NCBI GenBank assembly: GCA_036676985.1
Contig: JAKFBU010000076.1
Location: 32,001 to 96,000, forward strand
Reading direction: 5' to 3'
Origin: Candidatus Sericytochromatia bacterium
GTDB lineage: Bacteria; Cyanobacteriota; Sericytochromatia; S15B-MN24; UBA4093
Length of the DNA: 64,000 bases
In this document: positions 37,601-46,646 of the stretch, one piece after another
Numbering within the stretch: the stretch's first letter is position 1
How the letters are laid out: each line of letters opens with the position of its first letter
The notes under the pieces: generated by a model
What the model saw: only the letters and a program-made list of their open reading frames with translations
Database searches by the model: none
Told to the model about the DNA's origin: nothing
Made by a program: the position numbers and the translations under genes

Positions 37601-37931
37601 GCTCGCCGAAGGGGGCCTCGGGCTCTCGGGTGGCCAGAAGCAGCGCATCGCCATCGCGCGGGCCCTCTACCACGACCCCCGGGTGCTCATCATGGACGAG
37701 GCGACCAGCGCCCTGGACGCCGAGTCCGAGCAGGCGATCATGGCCAACTTCAAGGCCATCGTGCAGGGGCGCACGGCCCTCCTGATCGCGCACCGCCTCA
37801 ACACCATCATGAACGCCGACCAGGTCTTCGTCCTGGACGAGGGGCGGATCGTCGAGGCCGGCACCCACCGCCAGCTGATGCAGAAGCACGGCATGTACTA
37901 CAACCTGTTCAGCCAGCAGCTCAACCTGTGA
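34698..37931 (+). CDS. Peptidase-containing ABC exporter (2 cNMP-binding-like domains + C39 + TMD + NBD; HetC/HlyB-like)
   Basis: QRDEMDCGAACL, HFVV, IADP catalytic C39 residues; GRSGSGKT, LSGGQKQR, DEATSALD; N-terminal cNMP-fold patterns; AGGAG RBS before ATG 34698. Confidence 0.93.
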   Translation: MVASDVIERLIAEISEISVFSMLSRPQIQALLDHLTIVPHAFGDEVCAEGQAADTLYLVVKGSLKQFSVAGGEERTVGEVRRGQTANLRSVLVDGINVCGLRAAEDTSLIQVPAGVFLETLDQDPMLRRYLERLTIERSLQKFRRLLQANDIPFPVVKELIASLEEQRTSAGEVIVAQGSVPDGFYIVRSGRCRISVETSADHEQRVGLYEEGQFFGTECLLERLQALQTVTADRDTTLYRLHPDIFRKNAVEAPVLLKLFQRKELMRSREGGGEATATSEQLLERWIQQGGASESGDSASLVEAVLGRMDELAEAAEAPAPLAAPEPEGAASPEPAAPQRRARRRTRSRPDPQLEYERQQARKKRYVHVRQRDEMDCGAACLTMIAQYHGQELSLRYFRDAAHVSREGTSLLALAGAAEQAGFTTKGVRLAASALHKVPLPAVAHFGYHFVVLYAVDAKGVTIADPAKTIEHLTFEELEQRWDGILLLLEPTPRLYAHRPEKRSTYGRYLAIVRPYMGLVRDAFLASFLLSLLALSVPLFSQVILDKVVVHQSRDLLNLIGLGMLVAVVFQMLAEASRTYLVGYVSMKLDVALSKYFYRHVLRLPMRFFANHRVGDITTRMGEVEGIRTFLTQGAVGTVLDAVMLVLYVGILAYYDWRLLLLVVGFAGPLFLLVRLLTPRLQSTYLRMAEQQGLASSRLVEQVSAIGVIKSLGAEDIARWRWEKAFEGVARMEFKLIKLGLVMTTAGHGLMQVGNLAVLYVGAQMVLAGTLSVGQLIALVSIFGSIMQPVFRITSQWSEFQELKVRLQRLDDVFDTPPESGPRRSPIRASVLKGHVRFENVSFSYQGSSGPMVLKDLSMEVFPGQLIAVVGRSGSGKTTLAQLVNRLFDPSDGRILLDGFDAKEIPLSLLRRHVGIVMQDSTLFSGSILENIAYGDDDPDLARVIEAATLANAHGFIVKLPSGYGTQLAEGGLGLSGGQKQRIAIARALYHDPRVLIMDEATSALDAESEQAIMANFKAIVQGRTALLIAHRLNTIMNADQVFVLDEGRIVEAGTHRQLMQKHGMYYNLFSQQLNL

Positions 37932-37941
37932 CCGAGGACCC

Positions 37942-39480
37942 ATGAGCCAGAGCCCGACCGATGCCAAGCCTCCCGATCAGCAGCTGCCTCCCGGCAAGCT
38001 GCCGGCGGACCGCGTCGGCTACTACTTCGAGCCCTCCGAGGGCTCCTTCGAGGAGATTCCGCTCGCCGTGGCGCGGGCCCCGCTCTACCTCATGGTCGGG
38101 CTCCTGCTGATCGGTGGCCTCTTCGCCTGGTTCGGCAAGATCGACCAAATCGTGGACGGCCGCGCGACCCTCATGCCGCAGGGCAAGGTCTGGAACCTCC
38201 AGACCCAGGCCGGCGGCAAGGTGACGGGAATCCTGGTCCAGGAGGGCGACGTGGTGACGCGCGGCCAGCTCATGGTGCGCTTCGACAAGGAGCTCTCCCC
38301 CGAGAGCCTGCAGCTCCTGCGCCAGGAGGTACAGGCCGCGAGCCGGGCCATCATGCAGACGGAGGGCGGCACCCCCGGAGCCCTGGAGCTGGAGCGCAGC
38401 TTCGACCTCATCCATGCGACGGTCCTCTCGGCCTCCCTGCAGGAGCTGCTCGTGCAGTATAGCAAGGCGCGGCTCGCCTTCATCGAGGCCAACCGGACCC
38501 TGCTCTCGACGATCCCGCAGGAGGAAAGGGCCCTCGGCGCCCAGCGCAGGGCCCTCAGCGACAAGCTCTCCATCACCGGCGAGATGCAGGCGAAGAACCG
38601 CCTCATCCAGTCGGCGCGCTCCCGGGAGCTCGCGGCCCAGGTCTCCGCCCGGGAGCTCGAGATCGCGCGGATGCGGCGGGAGCTGGCGACGGCCCGCCAG
38701 CGCCTGAGGCACTACGAGACCCTGCGGACCAAGAAGCTCATCCGCGAGGAGGAGGTCGCCGCGGCCGAGCGCGAGCTCGACCAGCTCGAGACCGGCCTCC
38801 AGGTGGCCCTGAAGGACACCGAGCGCCTGCGCAAGGCCGAGGCCATCGCCCGGACGGAGTCCTCGACCCAGATCGACACCTTGCGCATCGACGCGGCCGA
38901 TACCCAGGCCTCATTGCACGAGGCGGAGAGCCGCCTGACCCGCTTCAAGGGCGAGGCGCGGGGCGACTTCGAGCGGGCGCGCACCGACTTCTCCAACCTG
39001 GTCTTCCTGCTCAAGCAACGCCTCGATCTGCTCAACCGGCAGGCGGACTTCACCGCGCCGGTGGACGGCGTGCTCACCTCCTTGAAGGTGCGCAACGCCG
39101 GCGAGTTCGTGAGCCCGGGCCAGCTGCTCGCGACCCTCGCCCCCAAGAACGCGGGGCTCGGGGCCGAGGTCACCATCGCCAACAAGAACATCGGCCTGAT
39201 CCGGGAGGGGATGCCGGTGAAGTTCAAGCTGAACGCCTTCCCGTACCAGGATTACGGCATCCTCACGGGCCGGATCGTCCAGATGCCCCAGGACATCGAC
39301 GAGAAGCAGGGGGACTACCAGGTGCTCGCGGCACTGGATCGAGACACCGTCCGGACCGAGCAAGGGGAGGTGCCCCTGCGCTACGGCATGGTCGCGACCG
39401 CCGAGGTCGTGACCGAGCGGCGGCGCCTGCTCGCCATCATGCTCGAGCCCTTCCGGAAGAAGGCCAAGTATGCCCCTTGA
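37942..39480 (+). CDS. HlyD-family membrane fusion protein
   Basis: TM anchor, ILVQEGDVV, long coiled coil, APVDG, AFPYQDYG, LRYGM. Confidence 0.92.
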   Translation: MSQSPTDAKPPDQQLPPGKLPADRVGYYFEPSEGSFEEIPLAVARAPLYLMVGLLLIGGLFAWFGKIDQIVDGRATLMPQGKVWNLQTQAGGKVTGILVQEGDVVTRGQLMVRFDKELSPESLQLLRQEVQAASRAIMQTEGGTPGALELERSFDLIHATVLSASLQELLVQYSKARLAFIEANRTLLSTIPQEERALGAQRRALSDKLSITGEMQAKNRLIQSARSRELAAQVSARELEIARMRRELATARQRLRHYETLRTKKLIREEEVAAAERELDQLETGLQVALKDTERLRKAEAIARTESSTQIDTLRIDAADTQASLHEAESRLTRFKGEARGDFERARTDFSNLVFLLKQRLDLLNRQADFTAPVDGVLTSLKVRNAGEFVSPGQLLATLAPKNAGLGAEVTIANKNIGLIREGMPVKFKLNAFPYQDYGILTGRIVQMPQDIDEKQGDYQVLAALDRDTVRTEQGEVPLRYGMVATAEVVTERRRLLAIMLEPFRKKAKYAP

Positions 39481-40939
39481 GCGCTGGATGGCCTGCGGCC
39501 TGGCGCTCCTCTTGGCCCTCGGTCCGGCCAGTGCCGTCCGGGCGGCGGATCTGGGCATGGCCGCGGCCCGGACCCTCTTGAACGAGCATTCGGCCAGGCT
39601 GCGGAGCGATCGCGAGGCCCTGGCCATGGCCGAGGCCGGCCTCGAGGCGGCCTTCGGCGCCTTCGTCCCGCGCTGGAGCGCCGCCTACGGCCTGCCCCAG
39701 GGCGAGGACGTCTCGCTCGACGCCCGGCTCACCACGGGACTGGTGAGCAACTCCCTCCGGATGCCGCTGCCCGTCGGGGGCGGAGAGCTCTCCCTTTCGA
39801 CGGCGGCCCTGACGCCCTTCAATCCGCTGGGAACGGCCGCCACCCCCTCGGTGGAGCTGGACCGCAGCGGCGCGCTCCAGCTGCTCTGGAAGCAGCCTCT
39901 GCTGCGCGGCGGGCGGTGGAGCGGGCTGGCGGATCGCTGGCAGCTGGCGTCGTGGCTGCGGGAGGTCCATGCGGCACGCCTGGAGGCCGCCTACTGGCGC
40001 GAGCTCCTGAGCCTTGAGCAGGCGTACTGGAACCTGGTGCTACGCCAGGCGAGCGTCAGGCTCCTCGAAGAGGAGGTCGAGCGGGCCCGCACCAACCACC
40101 GGGCGGTGGGCGAGCGGATCAAGGCGCGCCTCGCCGCGGAGTTCGAGCTGTTCGAGACCGAGCAGACCATCGCCCAGTTCCAGGCTCAGCTCTCCGAGGC
40201 CCGGCAGGAGGAGGATGCCGCCGAGGCGGCCCTCGTGACGGTCCTGGGCGTCCGCCCCGCCTCGGACCGGATTCGCCCGACCGAGCCGCTCGGCTCGGCG
40301 GAGGCGACGGCCTCCCTGGATCTCGAGGCCCTCTCGGCCGAGGCTCTGCGCCTCAGGCCCGAGCTGCGCGAGCGACGGGCCCAGCTCGAGGCGGACCGCC
40401 TGGAGGCCGAGCTCGCCGGTCGCGATCGCCTGCCGGAGCTCAGCCTCCAGCTCGGTCTGGACTGGGTGGGGACGAGCAAGATCGCCGCGGTGTTACCCCA
40501 CCCGCAGGGCAACGCCAACGTGGGCGTGGGCATGGTCTTCGAGACGCCGCTTGGCGTCAGCCCCGAGTCGGCGACCGTCCGGGAGGCCGAGGCCAAGCGG
40601 CGGACCTCGGCGATCGAGCTCCACCAGACGGAGCTGGTGGTCCGCGAGGAGATCCGTCAGCTCGTCTCCCAGGTCCGGCATCAGCTGGACCAGCAGCGCT
40701 TCGCCTTCCAGGCCCTGACGGCGGCGGAGCGGCGCTACCAGGCCGAATGGGGCCGCTATCAGGCGGGCCTGGTCGACGTCCAGGAGCTGTTGCGCTACCA
40801 CCGGGCCCTCTCCCTGTCTCGCCTCGACCATGCCAAGGCCCAGGCCGGGCTCCGGATCGCATGGGCCAGGCTCCGCTCGGCCACCCATCCGGCCCCCATG
40901 CCACCGTCCAGCCCGAAAACAGGGAGAGAAGCGCCATGA
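39470..40939 (+). CDS. TolC-family outer-membrane efflux protein
   Basis: Signal peptide, QPLLRG, YWNLV, ALRLRPEL, LPELSL, RYQAGL. Confidence 0.88.
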   Translation: MPLERWMACGLALLLALGPASAVRAADLGMAAARTLLNEHSARLRSDREALAMAEAGLEAAFGAFVPRWSAAYGLPQGEDVSLDARLTTGLVSNSLRMPLPVGGGELSLSTAALTPFNPLGTAATPSVELDRSGALQLLWKQPLLRGGRWSGLADRWQLASWLREVHAARLEAAYWRELLSLEQAYWNLVLRQASVRLLEEEVERARTNHRAVGERIKARLAAEFELFETEQTIAQFQAQLSEARQEEDAAEAALVTVLGVRPASDRIRPTEPLGSAEATASLDLEALSAEALRLRPELRERRAQLEADRLEAELAGRDRLPELSLQLGLDWVGTSKIAAVLPHPQGNANVGVGMVFETPLGVSPESATVREAEAKRRTSAIELHQTELVVREEIRQLVSQVRHQLDQQRFAFQALTAAERRYQAEWGRYQAGLVDVQELLRYHRALSLSRLDHAKAQAGLRIAWARLRSATHPAPMPPSSPKTGREAP

Positions 40940-41652
40940 CCCCGCCCAATCCGCAGAACCGCCGTCGCCATGAGCGCTTCTTCCTCCTGGCCTCGGCCAC
41001 CCTGACGAGCGGCGGCCGGCAGTCTGCCGTCCAGGTCATCAACCGCAGCAAGGGCGGAGCCTATGTCCTCTCGCCCTTGACCCTGCCCCTGCAAGCGGAG
41101 GCGGAGCTCGTCTTCGCGCTGCCGGGGGAGGGCCGGTCTGCCCACCTCGCGTGCCGCGTCGCGCGGGTCGATCGCTTCGAGGAGGCCTTTCCCTACCAGA
41201 GCGGGGTGCGGCTGGGCCTGGCCCGCGCGGAGGCCCGCTCGCGCGAGCGCTGGCTCGAGTTCAGCCGGGAGCTGAGCGAGGGCGTGATCTATGGGCAGCC
41301 CATGCCGGAGGGCGAGGACTCGGTGACCGGTCGGACCTCCCGGCGCCCGGAGCTGCTCCTGGAGGCCCGGCTCGAGGTTGGTCGGGAGCGCCTTGCGGCG
41401 AAGGTCACCAACGTCGGCGGGCACGGGGTCAGCCTGTTGGTGCCGCGAGCCCTCGCGGAGGGCGCTAAGGGCCTCTTGGATATCCATCTGCCGGACATCC
41501 CGCAGCCGGCCCGCTTTCCGGCCGAGCTCACCTGGAGTCGCCCCTCGACCGATCGGCGCGTCGGGCTGGGCCTCGAGATCGTGCGTTTCGAGGGGGAGGC
41601 GCAGGCGCTCTGGGAGAGCCACGTGCAGGAGGACATCATCACCCTGTTTTAG
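40936..41652 (+). CDS. Tandem PilZ-domain protein
   Basis: RRHER + NRSKGG (canonical) and RTSRR + NVGGHG (degenerate); ATGA overlap with the TolC stop. Confidence 0.82.
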   Translation: MTPPNPQNRRRHERFFLLASATLTSGGRQSAVQVINRSKGGAYVLSPLTLPLQAEAELVFALPGEGRSAHLACRVARVDRFEEAFPYQSGVRLGLARAEARSRERWLEFSRELSEGVIYGQPMPEGEDSVTGRTSRRPELLLEARLEVGRERLAAKVTNVGGHGVSLLVPRALAEGAKGLLDIHLPDIPQPARFPAELTWSRPSTDRRVGLGLEIVRFEGEAQALWESHVQEDIITLF

Positions 41653-41707
41653 CCATGCGCACGACGAGGGCCGGTCTTTCGACCGGCCCTCGTTGCGCGG
41701 GGAGTGG

Positions 41708-42613
41708 TTACTGCGCGCTGGCTTCGACCTCGGTGGTGTTGGTGACGGTCGTGCTGCCGGCGGCCTGGCCATCGGCCTCGACGTCGACCTCGGCCTGGGT
41801 GGAGCCCTCGGGCTGGGTGATCTCGGCCTCGATCTTGACCTTGCTGTCCACGGTGGTGGTGGTCGTGGTGCCGTCCGCGTTACGGACGATGGTCACGGTG
41901 ACCGTCGAGCCGTCGAAGCGGGTGATGATCCCGGAGCCGGTGACGGTGCCGTCCACGGCCTCGACGGTGTTCCACTCGATGGTGCGGACCTTGCCGTCCT
42001 TGCGGGTGAAGGTGCTCTTGAAGGAGACGGCGTAGCTGCCGTCGGCCTGCAGGGTCCGCTCGCGGTCCCGGACGACGGTGAGGCCGTTCTTCTGCTGGGC
42101 CTCCATGTGGAACTTGGCGTTGATCACCGTGTTGTCGGCGGTCTGGTAGGTACGCTCGACGACCTGCTTCATCACGCGGTTCTTGTGGTTGATCTCGACG
42201 GTAATCGTGGCGGTCTTGGTGCCGTCGCCGTTGTCGACCTCGGTCTTGACCACGTTGCGGGCGCCGGCCTTGATCTCGTCGATGTGCTTCTTGCCCTTCT
42301 CCTTGAAGCGGTTCTCGCGCTTCTCGTAGCCGATGCGAGCCTCGGCGCTGGCGCTCGCCTTGGCGGCGACCTCCAGGTGCTGGGTCGAGCGGAAGGTGGG
42401 ATCCTGGATGAGGGTGCCCGAGGCGTCCATGTCCATCTCGGCCTGCATGGTCGAGACGGCGTCGGCGACCATCGACTGCACGGCGAGGCGCTGGGTGGAG
42501 CTCAGGTTGGCGCCGAGACCGTCGAGCACGCCGGTGGGCAAGCCGGAGCAGCCCGCGAGCGAGGCCCCGATGGTGGCGGCGAGGACGGTCTGGATGAAGG
42601 TCTTGCGGATCAT
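41708..42613 (-). CDS. Hypothetical lipoprotein with Thr/Val-rich beta-hairpin repeats
   Basis: Lipobox LAGC; recurring DG(T/S/K) turns. Confidence 0.75.
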   Translation of the reverse strand: MIRKTFIQTVLAATIGASLAGCSGLPTGVLDGLGANLSSTQRLAVQSMVADAVSTMQAEMDMDASGTLIQDPTFRSTQHLEVAAKASASAEARIGYEKRENRFKEKGKKHIDEIKAGARNVVKTEVDNGDGTKTATITVEINHKNRVMKQVVERTYQTADNTVINAKFHMEAQQKNGLTVVRDRERTLQADGSYAVSFKSTFTRKDGKVRTIEWNTVEAVDGTVTGSGIITRFDGSTVTVTIVRNADGTTTTTTVDSKVKIEAEITQPEGSTQAEVDVEADGQAAGSTTVTNTTEVEASAQ

Positions 42614-42811
42614 GAGGGTGGTCCTTTCTCAAGCGAACTCGAATCCCGGTCGTTGAGGTTACTGTAGCGGGAGGGGCCCCTCGCTCGGCACCGCTAGAAC
42701 CGCGATCGGGCGATAGGCAATTTGGCGTAGCGGCGAGAGACGTGTGGGGCCGCCGTTTCCAAAAGCCGGCCCCCCTTCAGCGAAGGGGGGCTAGGTGAGG
42801 GGCTGAAGCCG

Positions 42812-42946
42812 CTAGGCCTCCTGCTTGTCCTTCCGGGCCTTCTTGGCCAAGGTCCAGACGGTGGCGGCGGCGATGCCGATGATCGCGACGCCCACCATGA
42901 GCGCGGCGTTATAGCTGGCAACCAAAAGGGTGGCTTGCTCGAGCAC
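42812..42946 (-). CDS. 44-aa single-TM protein (not in ORF track)
   Basis: GGAAAGGAG RBS; MLEQATLLVASYNAALMVGVAIIGIAAATVWTLAKKARKDKQEA; hairpin at 42769-42791. Confidence 0.65.
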   Translation of the reverse strand: MLEQATLLVASYNAALMVGVAIIGIAAATVWTLAKKARKDKQEA

Positions 42947-42976
42947 GTGAGAGGTCTCCTTTCCAGGAATAAACGA

Positions 42977-43007
42977 ACGATCCGGCCTACATCGTAGGCC
43001 GGATCGT
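42977..43007 (-). terminator. Hairpin terminator after the 2OG oxygenase
   Basis: ACGATCCGGCCTAC-ATC-GTAGGCCGGATCGT. Confidence 0.65.
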
Positions 43008-43046
43008 GTTGCGGAAAAGCTTACGGCTGCTTAAGCCGCTGCAAAC

Positions 43047-44006
43047 TTACTTGAGTAGGCCAATTTCGCGCAGGCGCTGGTTGAGGTACTCGCCCGCCGT
43101 GATGGGGTCGTCCTGGCGGGGACGGTCCTCGGTCACGAAGCAGTCGAGGGCCGTCAGGTCGCAGGCCGAGTACGGGTGCACGAAGAAGGGCAGCGAGTAG
43201 CGCGGCTCGTTGGTGTCGCCCGCCGGGTTGACGACTCGGTGGGTGGTCGAGGGGATGACATGGTTGGTCACGCGCTGGAGCATGTCGCCCGCGTCCACCA
43301 CGATCTGCCCCTCGAGGGCCGTGATGGGCATCCACTCGCCCTGGCGGGTGAGGAGCTCGAGGCCGGACGAGGTCGCCTCCACGAGCATCGTGATCATGTT
43401 GATGTCCTCGTGGGCGGCAGCACGGACGGCGCGGGGATCGGCGTCCGCCGGCAGGGGCGGGTAGTGGATGGCGCGCAGGATGCTGTTGCCGTCCTTGACC
43501 ATGTCCGCGAAGGTCCGCTGGGGCAGGTCGAAGTACTCGGCCAGGGCGATCAGGAAGGTGTCGACGCAGGCGTCGAGCTGCTGGTAGAGGGAGCTGACGG
43601 TGGGCTGGAGCTCGGCGATCTCGGTGGGCCACACGTTGTCCGGGTACTCGGCGCGGAACGGGTGGTCGGCGGCGAGCTCGCGGCCGGTGTGCCAGAACTC
43701 CTTGAGGTCGGCGATGGGGTTGCCTTTGGCGTTCTCCGAGCCGAACTCGGTGTAGCCGCGCTGGCCGCCCTTGATCTTGCCGTACTTGCGCTTGGTCTCG
43801 ACGTCCAGGGCGAAGAACTCCTGGAACCGTGAGTAGGTCCTGCGGATCAAGTCCTGATCGATGCCGTGGTTCTCGACGGCGATGAAGCCGAACTCCTTGA
43901 GTCCTTCGCCGAGCGTCCGGATGAAGCGCGCCCGCTCGGCGGGGCCGCCGTGCGTGAAGTCCTGCATGTTGACGACCGGAATGCCCACAGGGGTGCTGAC
44001 TGCCAT
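43047..44006 (-). CDS. 2OG-Fe(II) oxygenase, isopenicillin N synthase family
   Basis: GFIAVENHG, DLKEFW, HEDIN, GDMLQR, THRVV, RYSLPFF. Confidence 0.93.
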   Translation of the reverse strand: MAVSTPVGIPVVNMQDFTHGGPAERARFIRTLGEGLKEFGFIAVENHGIDQDLIRRTYSRFQEFFALDVETKRKYGKIKGGQRGYTEFGSENAKGNPIADLKEFWHTGRELAADHPFRAEYPDNVWPTEIAELQPTVSSLYQQLDACVDTFLIALAEYFDLPQRTFADMVKDGNSILRAIHYPPLPADADPRAVRAAAHEDINMITMLVEATSSGLELLTRQGEWMPITALEGQIVVDAGDMLQRVTNHVIPSTTHRVVNPAGDTNEPRYSLPFFVHPYSACDLTALDCFVTEDRPRQDDPITAGEYLNQRLREIGLLK

Positions 44007-44022
44007 GTTCTCCTCCCTAGGT

Positions 44023-44044
44023 AGTATGAGAAAGCTCTAATACT
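44023..44044. promoter_or_regulatory. 22-bp palindromic operator AGTATGAGA-AAGC-TCTAATACT
   Basis: Near-identical to the perfect palindrome at 51408-51429. Confidence 0.6.
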
Positions 44045-44123
44045 TCTTCGTGAGGAGGGGAGCCGATCTTGCGTGAAAAGATCGATCGGATGATGTGATG
44101 ACGTGGGTTTCGGCGAACGGTCC

Positions 44124-44261
44124 CTAGTCCTCGAACAGGATCCGGTGCTTCTCACCCTCGAGGTCGTCGAACTGCCCCGACCGGATGCTCCAGATCAGGA
44201 ACCCAAGCATGATGAGCCCGATGAAGAGCGTGCAGGGCAACATCAGAAACAGGACGTCCAT
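44124..44261 (-). CDS. ccoS: cbb3 oxidase maturation protein CcoS (not in ORF track)
   Basis: 45 aa with WSIRSGQFDDLEG and RILFED; follows ccoI. Confidence 0.92.
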   Translation of the reverse strand: MDVLFLMLPCTLFIGLIMLGFLIWSIRSGQFDDLEGEKHRILFED

Positions 44262-44264
44262 CGC

Positions 44265-46646
44265 TTACCTCGCCAATCTCAGCGCGTTCCCGAGCACCAG
44301 AAGGGAGCTCAGGGGCATCAGCACGGCCGCCCAGGTCGGCGGCACGAGCCCCATGGCCGCAAACGGCACCACCAGGGCATTATACAGGGCCGACAGCATG
44401 AAGTTCTCGCGGATGACCCGCACCGTGCGCTGCGACAGCCCCACGGCCTCCGCCAGCTGCGCGAACCGATCCCCCAAGAGCACCACGCCCGCGGCCGAGG
44501 CCGAGATGGCGGCCCCCTGCCCCATGGCGATCCCGATGTCCGCCGCGGCCAAGGCCGGCGCGTCGTTCACGCCGTCGCCCACCATCGCCACCACCCGGCC
44601 GGGGGCCTTCATGGCGAGCACGTGCTCCCGCTTGCCCTCGGGCAACACGCCCGCCCGGACCTCGCCGATGCCGAGCTTGTCGGCCACCGCCGTGGCGATC
44701 GCCGCGCGATCCCCCGACAACAGCGTCGTCGCCACCCCGAGCCGCGCCAGGGTCTCGGCCGCATCCGGCCTCAGCTGGTCCGAGACCTCGATGGCCCCGA
44801 TGATCCGGTCCGTCTCGGCCACGTAGACCGTCGTCGCCTCCGCCCCCGGCTCGGGCAGCTCGGCCGGGGCCTCGCCCGCGCACCAGGCGATCGAGCCGAT
44901 GGCCACCCGGCGGCCGTCGATGTGGCCCGTGACGCCGTGACCCGCCTGGGCCCGGAAGCCGTCCACCGCGTGGACCACGAGGTTGCGCTCCTGGCCATGG
45001 GCCGCGATCGCCCGCGCCAAGGGATGCTCCGAGAGGCTCTCGAGCGAGGCCGCGAGGCTCAGGACCCGCGCGGGCTCGTGGCCCCGGGCGGCCGAGACGC
45101 GCTCGACCCGCATCTTGCCCGTGGTCACGGTCCCCGTCTTGTCCACCACCAGGTGCGTGAGCTTGCCGAGCTCCTCGAGCTCCGTGCCGCCCTTGAAGAG
45201 GATCCCGTCCTTGGCGCCGCGGGCCATGGCCACCGCGATGGCCGCCGGCGTCGCGAGCCCGAGGGCGCAGGGGCAGGTCACGATGAGCACCGACACCGTA
45301 CGGTTGATGGCGGCCTCCAGCCCAGCGCCCAGGTTGAGCAGGAAGGTCGCCGCCGCCACGAGCAGCAGCACGGGCAGGAACCAGGTCGAGATCCGGTCCG
45401 CCAGGCGCTGGCTCGGGGCCCGGGCCGCGTCGGCCTCGGTCACCCAGCGCACGATCTGGGAGAGCGTCGTCTCGTCGCCCACCCGCTCGGCCCGCATGCG
45501 CAGGGCACCTTCCAGGTTCAGGGTTCCCGCCGTGAGGGCGCTGCCCGGGGCCTTGGCCACCGGCGCCGACTCGCCGGTGAGCATGGACTCGTCCACGTGG
45601 CCAGCGCCCGTCTCGAGCACGCCGTCCACCGGGATCCGCTCGCCCGGGCGCACCAGGAGCCGATCGCCTCGGCGGATGGAGGCCGTCGCGACGACCTCCT
45701 CGCCGTCCTCCGACAGACGGGTCGCGGACGGCGCCTCCAGGCGCCAGTGGCGCTCGGCCTGGGAGAAGACCTTCCGACGCGCCGCGCCCTCGACGCTCCG
45801 CCCGACCAGAAGGGCGAACAGGAGCACCAGGAGGCAGTCGAAGTACACAGCGCCGCGGCCGGTCATGACGGCCACGGCGCTCGCCGTGTAGGCGACCAGG
45901 GAAGCCAGGGTGATGGTGGCGTCCATCGTGAGCATGCGGGCCTTGAGGCCGGTCCAGGCGCCCTTGAAGAAGGGCCAGCCCACGTAGAGGGCCGTCGGCG
46001 TCGAGACCGCGAGCAGGGTCCACGACAGCAGGGTCTGCAGGTGCCCCTCGCTCTCGTCGAAGCCGCCGACGTTGAGGGGATCGCCGAGGAACCACGCGCC
46101 CAGGGCGGCGAGGCCCGCCACGCTCATGCGCAGGAGCAGCGAGCGGTTGCGCTCGACGGCCTTGCGATCGTTGCCGGACGGGTCGTACGGGGAGGCCTGG
46201 TAACCCAGGGAGCCCAGCAGGTTCACGACCTCCGAGAGGTCCACGACCTCGGGGTTCCACTGGAGGCTCACCCGGCGCGACGTGAGGTTGACGCGGGCCT
46301 CAAAGACCCCCGCCGTGCGCCCGAGGATGCGCTCGATGAGCCAGACGCAGGCCGCGCAGTGCAGGCCCTCCAGCTCGAGGGTGATGGCGCGCCCGGCGGC
46401 CGTGGGCGTCGAGAGCGACGCCTGGAAGTCCGGGTCGTGGAAGGGGAAGTCGCTCTTCTCGGCGGGCCGGGCGCCGAAGCCCTCACGCCGGGCGTAGAAG
46501 GCCTCGAGGCCGTTGGCGCCGATGAGCTCGCAGGCGAGCCGGCAGCCCTGGCAGCAGAAGGCGCGCTCGGCGCCGGCGACCAGCGCCGTGACGGGGCGCG
46601 GAGCGGCGAGCCCGCACTGGTAGCAGCTGGCCGCCTGGACGGTCAC
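44265..46646 (-). CDS. ccoI: Copper P1B-type ATPase CcoI/FixI
   Basis: CYQCG, FCCQGC, GLHCAAC, TGES, CPC, DKTGT, GDGVND; in the cco operon. Confidence 0.93.
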   Translation of the reverse strand: MTVQAASCYQCGLAAPRPVTALVAGAERAFCCQGCRLACELIGANGLEAFYARREGFGARPAEKSDFPFHDPDFQASLSTPTAAGRAITLELEGLHCAACVWLIERILGRTAGVFEARVNLTSRRVSLQWNPEVVDLSEVVNLLGSLGYQASPYDPSGNDRKAVERNRSLLLRMSVAGLAALGAWFLGDPLNVGGFDESEGHLQTLLSWTLLAVSTPTALYVGWPFFKGAWTGLKARMLTMDATITLASLVAYTASAVAVMTGRGAVYFDCLLVLLFALLVGRSVEGAARRKVFSQAERHWRLEAPSATRLSEDGEEVVATASIRRGDRLLVRPGERIPVDGVLETGAGHVDESMLTGESAPVAKAPGSALTAGTLNLEGALRMRAERVGDETTLSQIVRWVTEADAARAPSQRLADRISTWFLPVLLLVAAATFLLNLGAGLEAAINRTVSVLIVTCPCALGLATPAAIAVAMARGAKDGILFKGGTELEELGKLTHLVVDKTGTVTTGKMRVERVSAARGHEPARVLSLAASLESLSEHPLARAIAAHGQERNLVVHAVDGFRAQAGHGVTGHIDGRRVAIGSIAWCAGEAPAELPEPGAEATTVYVAETDRIIGAIEVSDQLRPDAAETLARLGVATTLLSGDRAAIATAVADKLGIGEVRAGVLPEGKREHVLAMKAPGRVVAMVGDGVNDAPALAAADIGIAMGQGAAISASAAGVVLLGDRFAQLAEAVGLSQRTVRVIRENFMLSALYNALVVPFAAMGLVPPTWAAVLMPLSSLLVLGNALRLAR

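Noticed and set aside
42812-42946. Inovirus major coat protein
   Set aside because: Size and hydrophobicity fit, but no Zot/pI, Rep or other phage genes are adjacent
43047-44006. 2OG oxygenase as tailoring enzyme for the GG peptide
   Set aside because: Opposite strand, separated by two genes, small-molecule IPNS-type family, and shares an operator with cco
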